This document shows, piece after piece, positions 46,010 through 55,600 of a stretch of 64,000 bases of DNA. The DNA is from a virus: IMG/VR virus record IMGVR_UViG_3300030329_004481. One strand, given 5' to 3'. The position numbers and the translations under genes were made by a program. Below the pieces are notes generated by a model. The model made no database searches and was not told the DNA's origin. It saw only the letters and a list, made by a program, of their open reading frames with translations. Positions within the stretch are counted from its first letter, which is position 1, and every line of letters starts with the position of its first letter.

Positions 46010-46433
46010 AGAACAATGTTTTGATATAATTGTTCAAAGAAAAAATGATTTAAGAAAATCACACATTTTTGGTGGGTTTACTAATAAAATAAGAAATTCA
46101 AGATCTTCATATTGGAAGAAAGATTCTTTATTAGATAAAAAATTTAATTATCAATCAGTCGAATATCAATTAGTTGAATATGTGAAAGATTGCCATTACA
46201 CATGGCATGATGATGATAGTTTCAGAAGAATAGAAACAAATATAATTTTATTAAATGATAATTTTGAAGGTGGGGAATTTGAGTTAAAAGATTATGGAAT
46301 TATTAAATTAAATATTGGCGATTGTTTAAACTTTAAATCAACCTTAGATCACAGGGTAAAACCAGTGACCAAAGGTATTAGATACTCTTTGGTCACATGG
46401 TTATATGATCAATCAGAAAAACCTATAATTTGA
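45981..46433 (+). CDS. Prolyl-4-hydroxylase-like Fe(II)/2OG oxygenase
   Basis: FLT.EQC, IRNS, YTWHDD, LLND.FEGGEF, F.S...HRVKPVTKG.RYSLVTW. Confidence 0.9.
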   Translation: MEILKEFLTEEQCFDIIVQRKNDLRKSHIFGGFTNKIRNSRSSYWKKDSLLDKKFNYQSVEYQLVEYVKDCHYTWHDDDSFRRIETNIILLNDNFEGGEFELKDYGIIKLNIGDCLNFKSTLDHRVKPVTKGIRYSLVTWLYDQSEKPII

Positions 46434-46927
46434 CAATAAAAATAAAAAATTTCATGAATCTTTTCAGCTTTTCTTAATCTTGCTTTCATTTCAGTATTTT
46501 CACTATCTTGAACTTCTTCTTGCTCAAACAAAGCTAATTTTAATTTAAATAAAAGTTCTTCACTTATATCTGAATTTGCAATCTTTTCAATTGTTAAATC
46601 ACCACCGCTTCCTTCAGCAGTAACTGTATCATAATCTGAATTAACAATTTTAACCAATTGTTCTTTTGTATATCCACTTGATTTCACGAAAGCTTGAGTT
46701 TGCAATTCCAGAGTTGCTTGTTCATCTACATACTCATCATTAGATTTTTGAATTTCTTCAAGTGACATAATACTAAGTATTTTATTCCAAGTAATGCCCT
46801 CTGGATGACAGTCTGTATAGTATTGTTCAGTTTCACCAGTATCTTTATTTTGTAAAAAATATAACAATTCTGTTTTTTCCTGATTCATGTATACAGTTCT
46901 AGTCAATGTATCTTTTGTAATTTCCAT
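46409..46927 (-). CDS. Hypothetical protein, possible fibre assembly/chaperone factor
   Basis: Abuts the upstream virion-like gene; LFKLKLALFE..EV..S.N...KARLRKA C-terminus. Confidence 0.55.
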   Translation of the reverse strand: MEITKDTLTRTVYMNQEKTELLYFLQNKDTGETEQYYTDCHPEGITWNKILSIMSLEEIQKSNDEYVDEQATLELQTQAFVKSSGYTKEQLVKIVNSDYDTVTAEGSGGDLTIEKIANSDISEELLFKLKLALFEQEEVQDSENTEMKARLRKAEKIHEIFYFYCQIIGFSD

Positions 46928-47986
46928 CTAAACTCCTCTAAACAATTTTAAATAATATGTTGTATACGCAGTTATACTTCCAGATGGTGTTGAATATGTT
47001 CTGTAATTATCACCGCCCCATGTTCCTGGGCCTTGGTAACTAGTTGCAGAATCTCCATAATAATGGTCTGTAGCTGTCCCATTATTTGAATACCCGGCAG
47101 GAAATGAACTATCAGATGTTAATTCATACTGACATTCTAAATTTCTAGTTAAGTATTTAAGTAAAACCTTATTCATTAAATCTGAACCTATTCCTATGGG
47201 ATTGTGTACAATTTGTCCATTGTCTTCTTTTAATAAGTGATATTCTGTTCCTGGTCCATCACCATCATTACCACTACTCACATAATTGTGTTGTGCTTTC
47301 ATATATAGTTTATATGTTGCATAATTACTATTGCCATAAACACGATCAATCATTACTATACTGTCAGACATCGTCCACCATAAATAGTTGGCATCAGGAA
47401 CACTAGAACTTGTCAGAAAATATGTACCAACTTCATCACCTGTTGATGATCCTACGGAATTTCCATGCATTTCAGCAATACAATCATCTAAAATAGTATC
47501 ATATATATTTGTTTCATTGGTTTCCATAACTATACCATCAGTGGAATCATAAACAAGATATGAATGTTCCAGATCACTTGAGCTTGGTAAATCTGGATAA
47601 GAAGGATTCCCGGAATTGCTACTTTTCCAACTCTGCTCTTGATATAAATTTACTGTTGTAGAAGTTGTGCCTGTACCTGGTATACTAGGATAATCTGCTC
47701 CAGGTCCATAACCATAATTAGATCCAGGAGTGGGCCAATAATGCCACCGTCCCGTACCTGCATTATATTGGACTGTTTTATAATTATCTATTGTCTGACC
47801 AACTTGAGTTCCAATAGAACTTGCCGTTCCTATTTTTCCAGTTGTGCGTCCTACACCATATGTATCTCCACCTTCCAACATTTGTGCATAGGCTCTCCTA
47901 AGATTATACCTCAATCTAATCATATCATCATCAGAACAAGCTATTAATTCTGTACCATTCCTTCTCAGAGGTCTTCTTATTGCCAT
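46928..47986 (-). CDS. Putative virion surface/fibre-tip protein rich in Tyr/Gly/Ser/Thr
   Basis: MAIRRPL N-terminus; loops GTGRWHYWPTPGSNYGYGPG and YQGPGTWGGDNY; C-terminal PSG....TTYYLK; last gene of the fibre block before the island. Confidence 0.6.
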   Translation of the reverse strand: MAIRRPLRRNGTELIACSDDDMIRLRYNLRRAYAQMLEGGDTYGVGRTTGKIGTASSIGTQVGQTIDNYKTVQYNAGTGRWHYWPTPGSNYGYGPGADYPSIPGTGTTSTTVNLYQEQSWKSSNSGNPSYPDLPSSSDLEHSYLVYDSTDGIVMETNETNIYDTILDDCIAEMHGNSVGSSTGDEVGTYFLTSSSVPDANYLWWTMSDSIVMIDRVYGNSNYATYKLYMKAQHNYVSSGNDGDGPGTEYHLLKEDNGQIVHNPIGIGSDLMNKVLLKYLTRNLECQYELTSDSSFPAGYSNNGTATDHYYGDSATSYQGPGTWGGDNYRTYSTPSGSITAYTTYYLKLFRGV

Positions 47987-47999
47987 AATTACATTTCCA

Positions 48000-49478
48000 T
48001 TAAGTTGTTAACAAATATCCAGAAAGAACCGCGGTGCCGCCAGAATCTTTAATTTGAAATAAAGCTGATCCTGTAAAAGTTTGTCCACCAAAAGTAAAAT
48101 TTTCAGTAGCCGGAATAGTCAATCCTTTGTTTGCTGTAACATTACTATCTGATAATGATAAAACTGAAACATCCCCAGAACTATAAATATCGTTTCCATC
48201 AACTTTTAAATCACCTTTAACGGTTGTTTTAGTAGCATCAGTAGCAAGTTCAATTGCATCCTGCCCACCTGATGATTGTATCATATTACCACTAAGTTTT
48301 AAATTACCTGCAACAGTAACATTGGATGATGAAGTAGTTATTGCCGTAGCACTATCACTTGCTTTAATTGTATCACTATCAAGTTCCAGATTTCCCTTAA
48401 CTGTAACATCTGTTCCAGACATTGTTATTGCTTCACCAGAACTTGAACTTATACTATTTCCTTCAACTTCTAAAGTGCCCTTAGTGATAACATTTGTTCC
48501 ACTTAAAGAAATTGCATGTCCAGTGCTAGAACTAATATCATTTCCAGTAACAGTTAAAGTTCCACCAACTGTAACATTTGTCCCACTTAAAGAAATTGCA
48601 TCCCCAGTGCTTGATTTAATAGTATTCCCGCCAACTGTTAAATTACCTGCAACTGTTAACATTTCATTAGCATCAAGTGTTAATGTATCAGTGCCCTCAC
48701 TATTTAAAATTTTATTACCACTTAAAATAACTCCATCAGCCGCATTAAATTGCAATTTACCATTAGTATTATTGTCAACGCTTTCACCATTTCCAAAACT
48801 TAAATCATTTCCACCAACTTCTAAATCACCAGCAACTTTTGCGTTGTTTGAAATATCCCATCTTGTTCCTGAATTGTTCCATAATATATTATGATTTGCC
48901 GCGCCGTCATTTACTTGTATACCAGATCCATCAGCGGTTGATGTGGATTTAGTTTCCGCATTTGACAATTCAATCACTTTATCAGTAACTGCAACAGTTG
49001 TAGATTCAATAACTGTTTGAGTACCTTGTACAGTTAAGTTTCCAGTAATAACAGTATGTGCTGCCGCGATTTCAACGTGTGAAGCGGTCATTGTATGGTT
49101 AGTTGTTGTACTGTTAATTGACGTAGTATTAATTATTTGTCTTTGTACACCTTGAGTAAAAAATTTTAATTCATCTTCATCATTGCCCCAAGATTCATGG
49201 ACTGTAATTTTTGTATCACCATCTTTGTCTCTTACATCACTAAAATTTATCCATTCAGCTTCATGATATCCTTCATACTTATTTAAATCTGTATTATATC
49301 TAATCATACCATTAACTGCTGGTGATATAGCACTTTTAGCAGTATTATCTCCTGCTGGTATTTTTAAATATCCAGTTCCATCAAATGAAAGATCGCCAAG
49401 GATCGATGTATTACCAGTAATGGTTACGTCACCATCATGGTCAAAACTTTGTGACATTTCATATGCTCTTGATGTCAT
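48000..49478 (-). CDS. Fibre protein with ~28-aa beta repeats
   Basis: GMIRYNT...YEGY, D.DGDTKIT, ITGNLTVQG, repeated VTV.G.L.V.GN.I.SS.G.AI.LSGT. Confidence 0.8.
   Translation of the reverse strand: MTSRAYEMSQSFDHDGDVTITGNTSILGDLSFDGTGYLKIPAGDNTAKSAISPAVNGMIRYNTDLNKYEGYHEAEWINFSDVRDKDGDTKITVHESWGNDEDELKFFTQGVQRQIINTTSINSTTTNHTMTASHVEIAAAHTVITGNLTVQGTQTVIESTTVAVTDKVIELSNAETKSTSTADGSGIQVNDGAANHNILWNNSGTRWDISNNAKVAGDLEVGGNDLSFGNGESVDNNTNGKLQFNAADGVILSGNKILNSEGTDTLTLDANEMLTVAGNLTVGGNTIKSSTGDAISLSGTNVTVGGTLTVTGNDISSSTGHAISLSGTNVITKGTLEVEGNSISSSSGEAITMSGTDVTVKGNLELDSDTIKASDSATAITTSSSNVTVAGNLKLSGNMIQSSGGQDAIELATDATKTTVKGDLKVDGNDIYSSGDVSVLSLSDSNVTANKGLTIPATENFTFGGQTFTGSALFQIKDSGGTAVLSGYLLTT
48145..48660 (-). 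repeat. About six degenerate 28-31-aa tandem repeats in the fibre (approximate limits)
   Basis: LTVAGNLTVGGNTIKSSTGDAISLSGTN / VTVGGTLTVTGNDISSSTGHAISLSGTN / VITKGTLEVEGNSISSSSGEAITMSGTD ... Confidence 0.8.
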
Positions 49479-49493
49479 TTTTCCCTTTGTTTG

Positions 49494-49952
49494 TTAATTG
49501 TCCCAATTAATTATTCTATGACTCTCTCGTAATTCTTCCATACTTAAATTAGGAAACTCTTTGAGTTTAAGTAAAACATTTCCCAAAACTCTTTCAATAT
49601 CAAGTTCAACTAAAACATCATTTACTTTTTCAAGTTCATCATTTAATTTATCCTGATTTTCATCAGGTATTTTCCAATTACCATCATCCATGAGTTCACC
49701 ATATTTTTCACCCAATTTAGTTCTCAATTCAGTCCACTTTTCAAAATGGATGTATATAGATTCTAAACATCTATAAAGTGGCCAGATTGAATTAATACTT
49801 TCTCTTTGCCATTCAATTACCCATAACTTATTTATTAATTTGGTCCATATTTGATTTTGATAATCTTTATAAGATATTATAAATTTTTTTGGACCTTCAT
49901 CTTGTATAACTGTTTCTTTTGGTTTTTTCGCTCTAGCCATAATAAACTCCAA
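49494..49952 (-). CDS. Hypothetical protein (helical) between fibre genes
   Basis: Co-oriented, with GGAG before the second Met; R.KL.EKYGE...DG pattern. Confidence 0.6.
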   Translation of the reverse strand: MEFIMARAKKPKETVIQDEGPKKFIISYKDYQNQIWTKLINKLWVIEWQRESINSIWPLYRCLESIYIHFEKWTELRTKLGEKYGELMDDGNWKIPDENQDKLNDELEKVNDVLVELDIERVLGNVLLKLKEFPNLSMEELRESHRIINWDN

Positions 49953-49957
49953 ATTAA

Positions 49958-52414
49958 TTATTCATCGAGTTCTTCCATTACAAGTTTGTAATATTTTCCA
50001 TTTCTATGATTGTATACTCTTATATATTCTGCTTGTTCATCTAATGTAAATTTACCATTTTCATTTTCCATGTTTATATCACCAGTATTTAATGCAGCAG
50101 AATGTAATGTTGAAAATCTTTTAGTTGATGAACCCAATGTCCGTGTATTATCACCATCTGGTACAAAGTCAGAACCAATCTGTCCATTGAATGTAGTTGT
50201 TCCAGATATTGAAAGTGTGCTGTTAAAAACAGATGGATCTTCAGCTTCAAATCCACCAACATGAACTTTTTCATAATCAACTATTGTTACATTTCCAGCC
50301 GTATCACCATCATCTGTAGTTTCACCAAAAACAAATTCGTCAGCTGATTCATCCCATATAAACATAGAATGTGCTACACCACTTCCGCCACCAGCTTGTG
50401 TTTCTGCGGTTCCTCTTTTAAATATAAAACCAGTATCAGAGGTATTTGTTGCGGGATTGGTTGAAAAATTATTTAACAAAATCAAAGGATCTTCTTGTTG
50501 TATTTTTGAAGTTTCTAGTATTGTTTGATCACCTTGAACTTGTAAATTACCAGTAATCACAACATTGTTAGAATCAATAGTTGTTGTTGCTCCTGAATGT
50601 GCAACTGTTACATCACCTGACGCATCAACACCAATTGTTGCATTTGCAGCAAATGTATGACTAATTTTAACTTGTGCTGAATTTTCATTATGAACGTGTA
50701 ATGCATTTCCTGGAGATTTGATGCCAACACCAACTCTATTATTTGTGACATCAACCGCAAGAACAGAATTAGCATGTGAGTATGGATCTACACCAACATA
50801 TGTATTAGCTTGGATAGAATTTGTTCCACCAGTATTTGCCCATTGTGATTTAGTATAAAGATCAGTAGTGTAAAATTGTGTATAAGCTTTTATCTCAATA
50901 ACATCACCAACTGTACATGCAGCAATTGTAAAAGTACTTCCGTCTGAAGCTGTTACATCATTACTGTCTATCTTTGTTCCATTTTTAAATACATCCAACA
51001 TTCCAACAGTATAACCTTTATTTGTTGTAAATGAAGTCTGACTCGCAGTTGCAACAAACCTTTCTTGTTCAAAAGCGGCCTTTGATAAATCCGCTGCCGC
51101 TAAAGATAAAACATCCACAATATCATTTGGTCCAATTGTAAAATTATTAAATCCAATTGTTACACCATTTTTGGTAAAGTCAGTATCATCTAACTTAACA
51201 CCATTTAAAAATACATTAACATAGTTTGGATTGTGTGTTGCATTAACAGAAGAAGTTCCTGCTGTTTGTCCAGTAATTCTTGCTTTATAAGTTGCAGCAG
51301 AAGTTGACATTTGATACCATTGACCTGAAGTAGAAGAATAATATTCTATTGCTCCTTTTCCACCATCAAGTTCAGTATTAAATCTTACCATTCCAGGTTG
51401 TAAAGTTGTTGTGGGTCTTTGTCCTGTTGTTCCTGCTGGTAAGGATAATGATGATGTGGCATCTCTACCAATAACAGATGTTGCAAACATATTATTTGCA
51501 TAAACACTTCTTACTCTTGTCGCAGTTAATCCAATATCGTAAAGATCATTCTGATCTGGAACAAAATGTCCACCAGCTGAAGTATTTCCCATGTTCCATC
51601 TGTCAACACCCTCAGTACTAAATGTAATAGTATCTTCATCAGATCCTGATGTAGTTTCTAATGTAATTCTTGTATCTTGATCAGCGTCAACCGCACCACC
51701 TAATCCAACAAAAGTATTAGCAGTATGATTATAACCTTCAAATCTAGATAATGTAGAATTATATCTTATTGCACCATGTAAATGTAATTCTCTATTTGCT
51801 CCAGAACTATTTGTATCAATAGTTGGACTTTCTGATGTTGTTCCTGATGGAATAATTAAATGAGATGAACTATTAGCACCAACAGATCTCCAAAAATGTC
51901 CCTGCTTCCATCTCTTACCATCTGCTCCAATATTTCTTTCAGTATTAGCAACAGAACCTTCAGGTTCAATATCAGTAGAAATGTCTGCATTTAATTCTAA
52001 AGTATCATCATCTAATCCACCCAATGCGCTACTAGGTGAAGTTCCCAACTTAATATTACCTTTGGCTTCAATATTTCCACCAACATGAAGATCAACACCA
52101 ATGTTTAAATCTTTTGCTATAGAAGCACCACCTGCCACAACAAGTGCTCCACTATCAGCTTGAAAGTTAATATCAATGTCTTTTGTAGAACTTAATTCTA
52201 GTGCGGTTCCTGTTCCTAATGTGGAATTGATTTTTCCAGAAACATTCAATGCTCCCATTGAAAACCCGCCGTCACCCGCATCATCTCTCCTTACAACAGT
52301 ATTCGCGATTGCGGAGGCGGTTGATGTATTAATATCTGTGATAATTTGATTGGTTCTAACCCTCCAAGTATCAAAACTATCAGTTAAAGCTACGTTTGCG
52401 AAATTTGCTGCCAT
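49958..52414 (-). CDS. Long fibre/whisker-like virion protein
   Basis: N-terminal VALTDSFDTWRVRTNQ; GALVVAGG, G.IRYNS...FEGY, LPAGTTGQRP, VFLNGVKL modules; LGSSTKRFSTLH C-terminus. Confidence 0.8.
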   Translation of the reverse strand: MAANFANVALTDSFDTWRVRTNQIITDINTSTASAIANTVVRRDDAGDGGFSMGALNVSGKINSTLGTGTALELSSTKDIDINFQADSGALVVAGGASIAKDLNIGVDLHVGGNIEAKGNIKLGTSPSSALGGLDDDTLELNADISTDIEPEGSVANTERNIGADGKRWKQGHFWRSVGANSSSHLIIPSGTTSESPTIDTNSSGANRELHLHGAIRYNSTLSRFEGYNHTANTFVGLGGAVDADQDTRITLETTSGSDEDTITFSTEGVDRWNMGNTSAGGHFVPDQNDLYDIGLTATRVRSVYANNMFATSVIGRDATSSLSLPAGTTGQRPTTTLQPGMVRFNTELDGGKGAIEYYSSTSGQWYQMSTSAATYKARITGQTAGTSSVNATHNPNYVNVFLNGVKLDDTDFTKNGVTIGFNNFTIGPNDIVDVLSLAAADLSKAAFEQERFVATASQTSFTTNKGYTVGMLDVFKNGTKIDSNDVTASDGSTFTIAACTVGDVIEIKAYTQFYTTDLYTKSQWANTGGTNSIQANTYVGVDPYSHANSVLAVDVTNNRVGVGIKSPGNALHVHNENSAQVKISHTFAANATIGVDASGDVTVAHSGATTTIDSNNVVITGNLQVQGDQTILETSKIQQEDPLILLNNFSTNPATNTSDTGFIFKRGTAETQAGGGSGVAHSMFIWDESADEFVFGETTDDGDTAGNVTIVDYEKVHVGGFEAEDPSVFNSTLSISGTTTFNGQIGSDFVPDGDNTRTLGSSTKRFSTLHSAALNTGDINMENENGKFTLDEQAEYIRVYNHRNGKYYKLVMEELDE

Positions 52415-52421
52415 GTCTTAC

Positions 52422-52643
52422 CTATATTTTATTAAGTAGTAGTTCATTTAATTTTTCTTTTAATTCATCAACATCATTTTCCAAATTGGAAACTTTATCA
52501 TTTAATATATTTATCTCTTGTTCTTTATTCTCTATCGATTTTCTCATTCTCCTATGAGCCTTTAAAGAACTAATATCATTCCTTAAAACTGCTTTACTAG
52601 AGGTATCTTTAACATACCCTGGAACATCAGTTTGTACAATCAT
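52422..52643 (-). CDS. Small coiled-coil virion-module protein
   Basis: VPGYVKD..SKAVL then heptad repeats; directly follows the VrlC-like gene. Confidence 0.75.
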   Translation of the reverse strand: MIVQTDVPGYVKDTSSKAVLRNDISSLKAHRRMRKSIENKEQEINILNDKVSNLENDVDELKEKLNELLLNKI

Positions 52644-55600
52644 GTGTCTAACGCTATCACTCTTAAATCTTTAACTTTTGGAATATCAACAAAACTTGAT
52701 GATGCAAGAACAATTTTAATTGCAAAAGTTCTAAAATTATTATAAGTATTATTTCCTGCTGTATATTCTGCGGTATCATTAACAGTTCTAAACTCAAATG
52801 TTTGAAAATCATTATCATTTGATGAAAATAAATTTGAATCTGTCACTTGACTCATCTTTATCCAATATTTATCATCAAATGATTCACTATCACCAGCACT
52901 CAATACTTTATAATAAGCAATAATATTTGATGTACTTGGTTTATATGCTCTCAAATAAACTTTCAAATCTTCAGCATCGAATCCTGAAGCCAATGATACC
53001 CTTCTAGTAATATATCTTGCGATGTTATTACCACCATTTTGATTTGTTTCAGATGATATTTTAATTTCACCACCTGAACCACCAGAAAGTGTGACACTAG
53101 CATCATCAAAATATCCAGAACCTGCTGAACTAACTGTTGCTCCTGTTATAACACCTGATCCATCTACAGCCAATGTTACTTGACCAGAAGAACCTGTTGA
53201 TCCATTAATTGCCAAAGTTCCTGCAGAATAACCAGTTCCAGGACTTATAATTGAAACATCATCATTTGTAAATCCGCCATTCTGGATATTATTTTTTACT
53301 GTAATTAAATTTAGTCTTGATAAATCAATTATTGGTGAAACATTTGGATCTGTAGTTGACATACCAACTCTCAATAAGAAGTCTGGTCTAGATGTTCCAT
53401 CAAAATTATCAGTTCTTATCCATTTTCTTTCAGAAAAATTTTCATTCTTTCCAGCCAAAATTGATGTATAAGAAGTTTCTCTTGTTCCTGCGTCTGCAGT
53501 TGTTGTTTGATATTCATAATCAAGAACACTAGATGAAAATCTTAAATCTGAAGAATTTAGTTTCATTAGATCAAAATATGTATGTGATGTTGATCCAGAT
53601 AATGATTTTGGTACAACATTCAATGCTATTTGATTAGCGACTGAAGATGTTGTTTGAAATGCACATTTTTCTATCTTAAACATCAAAGTTCTATTGTAAA
53701 TTGGATTCCACAAACTTGCGTTTTGTGCAATGAATAATTTACCAACTTCTGTTGATTTGCCAGCTTTAGTATTCAAAACTGTCGTATTTGTAACAATGTT
53801 TCCTTCAACTGAATTATGAACTTTATAGTTTGAACTATTTGTTTGAACAGTAAAACAATGTTCTCCTGGTGGTAAATATACAGGTGATGAAAATGTAAAT
53901 TTTGTTCCACTAGTTGCTGAAGTTGAATCAGGAGAATTTTCTATTGAAACTTGTCCTGGTAATAATGATTTTTCTGAAAAAGGTAATACGACTGATGAAC
54001 TAGGAACACCATTTACCATTGGCCTGATTTGTAATGTAATTGGTAATTCAGTATCTTTATTGTTGAAATATAAAGAAATACTACTAATAAATGTTCCATT
54101 TGGATATCTTGCCTCATCAACATAAAATGTTTGAGCCATAGGATTAGTAAAATTACTTGATGGATTTTTTCTTGTGACAGAATCTTTTGTTAAAATATTT
54201 GACGTAATATCATCACGTCTAACTAACGCAGATCTTGTAGAAATTACATCACCATCTGAAACAGATTCCAATCCTTTTATATGAAACACCTTTTCAGAAA
54301 CAGAAGTTGTTTCAGAAACAATATTATCAGATTGATCTGTTATTCTAATAACTCTTTCACCTGCTCTAAATTGTCCACTATTAATTTTTATACTTCCACA
54401 CAAAACCCCAGTCGCGTCAGGCACAAAACCAGTATTAGCAACATCTGCGGTCAGAGTTGCTTCTTTAGTTGTTGATCCTGAAGAATCAATATAAGTTGCT
54501 TGAATTTCTGTTCCAGATCCAGCTATACCAGAATCTAACCAATTATTACTTGTATTTGCTATTAAAAATGTAGTATTACCATTCACATCTGTAGCAACTA
54601 AAGTACCAAAAACATCTGTAGCACCTGTTTTATGTATTCTAACAAGTTCACCTTCATTTGCTTCAAATGGAGTTTGTGTTGATGTTGTCAATTTAACTGC
54701 TGATTCTGATTGTGAAGTAACATTAACATCATCTATATAAACATAATGTAATGCTTTTGGTTTTAATCCTTCAGCTTTAAAAATTACTGTCTGTTCTCTT
54801 GAATATGGAATGATAGTATCATTAACTATTTTATTATTTACAGTTTTCTTAATTGTTTCTGGTTGATTTTTTGATAAAATACCTTCTCTAGAAATACTTT
54901 CTTCTATAGTTTTTGCTGATCTATCTACTTGAGTTGTTATTGATTTTTTCTTTCTTGTCTTTGTCAAATCATCTGTATTAATTTCTTCACCTGTCCAATT
55001 TTTGGACCATGAATCCCATTGAGTACCAAACCCAAAATTATATCTTGACGCAGACCAATTATCATTTTGTCCTTCTAGATTCATTAATACATCAACATAT
55101 TTGCTTTGTGAAAACCATGTATCACTTGGGGGAGTTAATAACATAGTTCCACTAAATGGTGTGGAACCAAAAGGATTTACAACTTCTGTTCCTGTTGTTA
55201 CTGGTTGAACCACAAAATCTGAATTAGTATAAGCAACTGATACTAAGTCACCAGTTTTAATAACATTTGTTCCATTTTGACTTGGATTAAATTCAAACTT
55301 AAAATTTTCAGATGTATATGAAGGCCTTAAAATTGATTTATCATAATCTATAGAAATTTTATAATCATCATCTACAACGTCTCCAACACTATGTCCTGTG
55401 AATTGATCAACTAAAATTCCATTTTTAAATCTTTCAACACCGGAATCTGTAAAAATTGGTTGATCCTTTGCATCCTTTTCTAAAAAAGTCAATGACGTAT
55501 AATATTCTAATTGCTCAATTCTTTTCTCCAAAGAACCAATATCTCTCATTGTAAATCTTTTATTTTCAATATATTGAAGATCTATGTCATTTAAATTAAA

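Larger units (their letters stand above)
14173..46433. other. Accessory island of 38 genes, mostly modification enzymes, in three blocks (+, -, +)
   Basis: Flanked by core virion genes; gene content as listed; visibly more A/T-rich than the flanks. Confidence 0.85.

Noticed and set aside
14173-46433. Classical RiPP cluster with a short precursor peptide
   Set aside because: Genes abut or overlap, leaving no room for a free-standing precursor, and no peptidase or exporter is seen; a precursor outside the window cannot be excluded.
14173-46433. Island as a mobile element or bacterial contamination
   Set aside because: No integrase, transposase or att-like repeats seen; it overlaps a phage-module gene at its right end and shares the phage's dense gene packing.
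48322-48894. 190-aa plus-strand ORF
   Set aside because: Antisense shadow of the repetitive fibre gene; no motifs, and explained by codon bias on the opposite strand.
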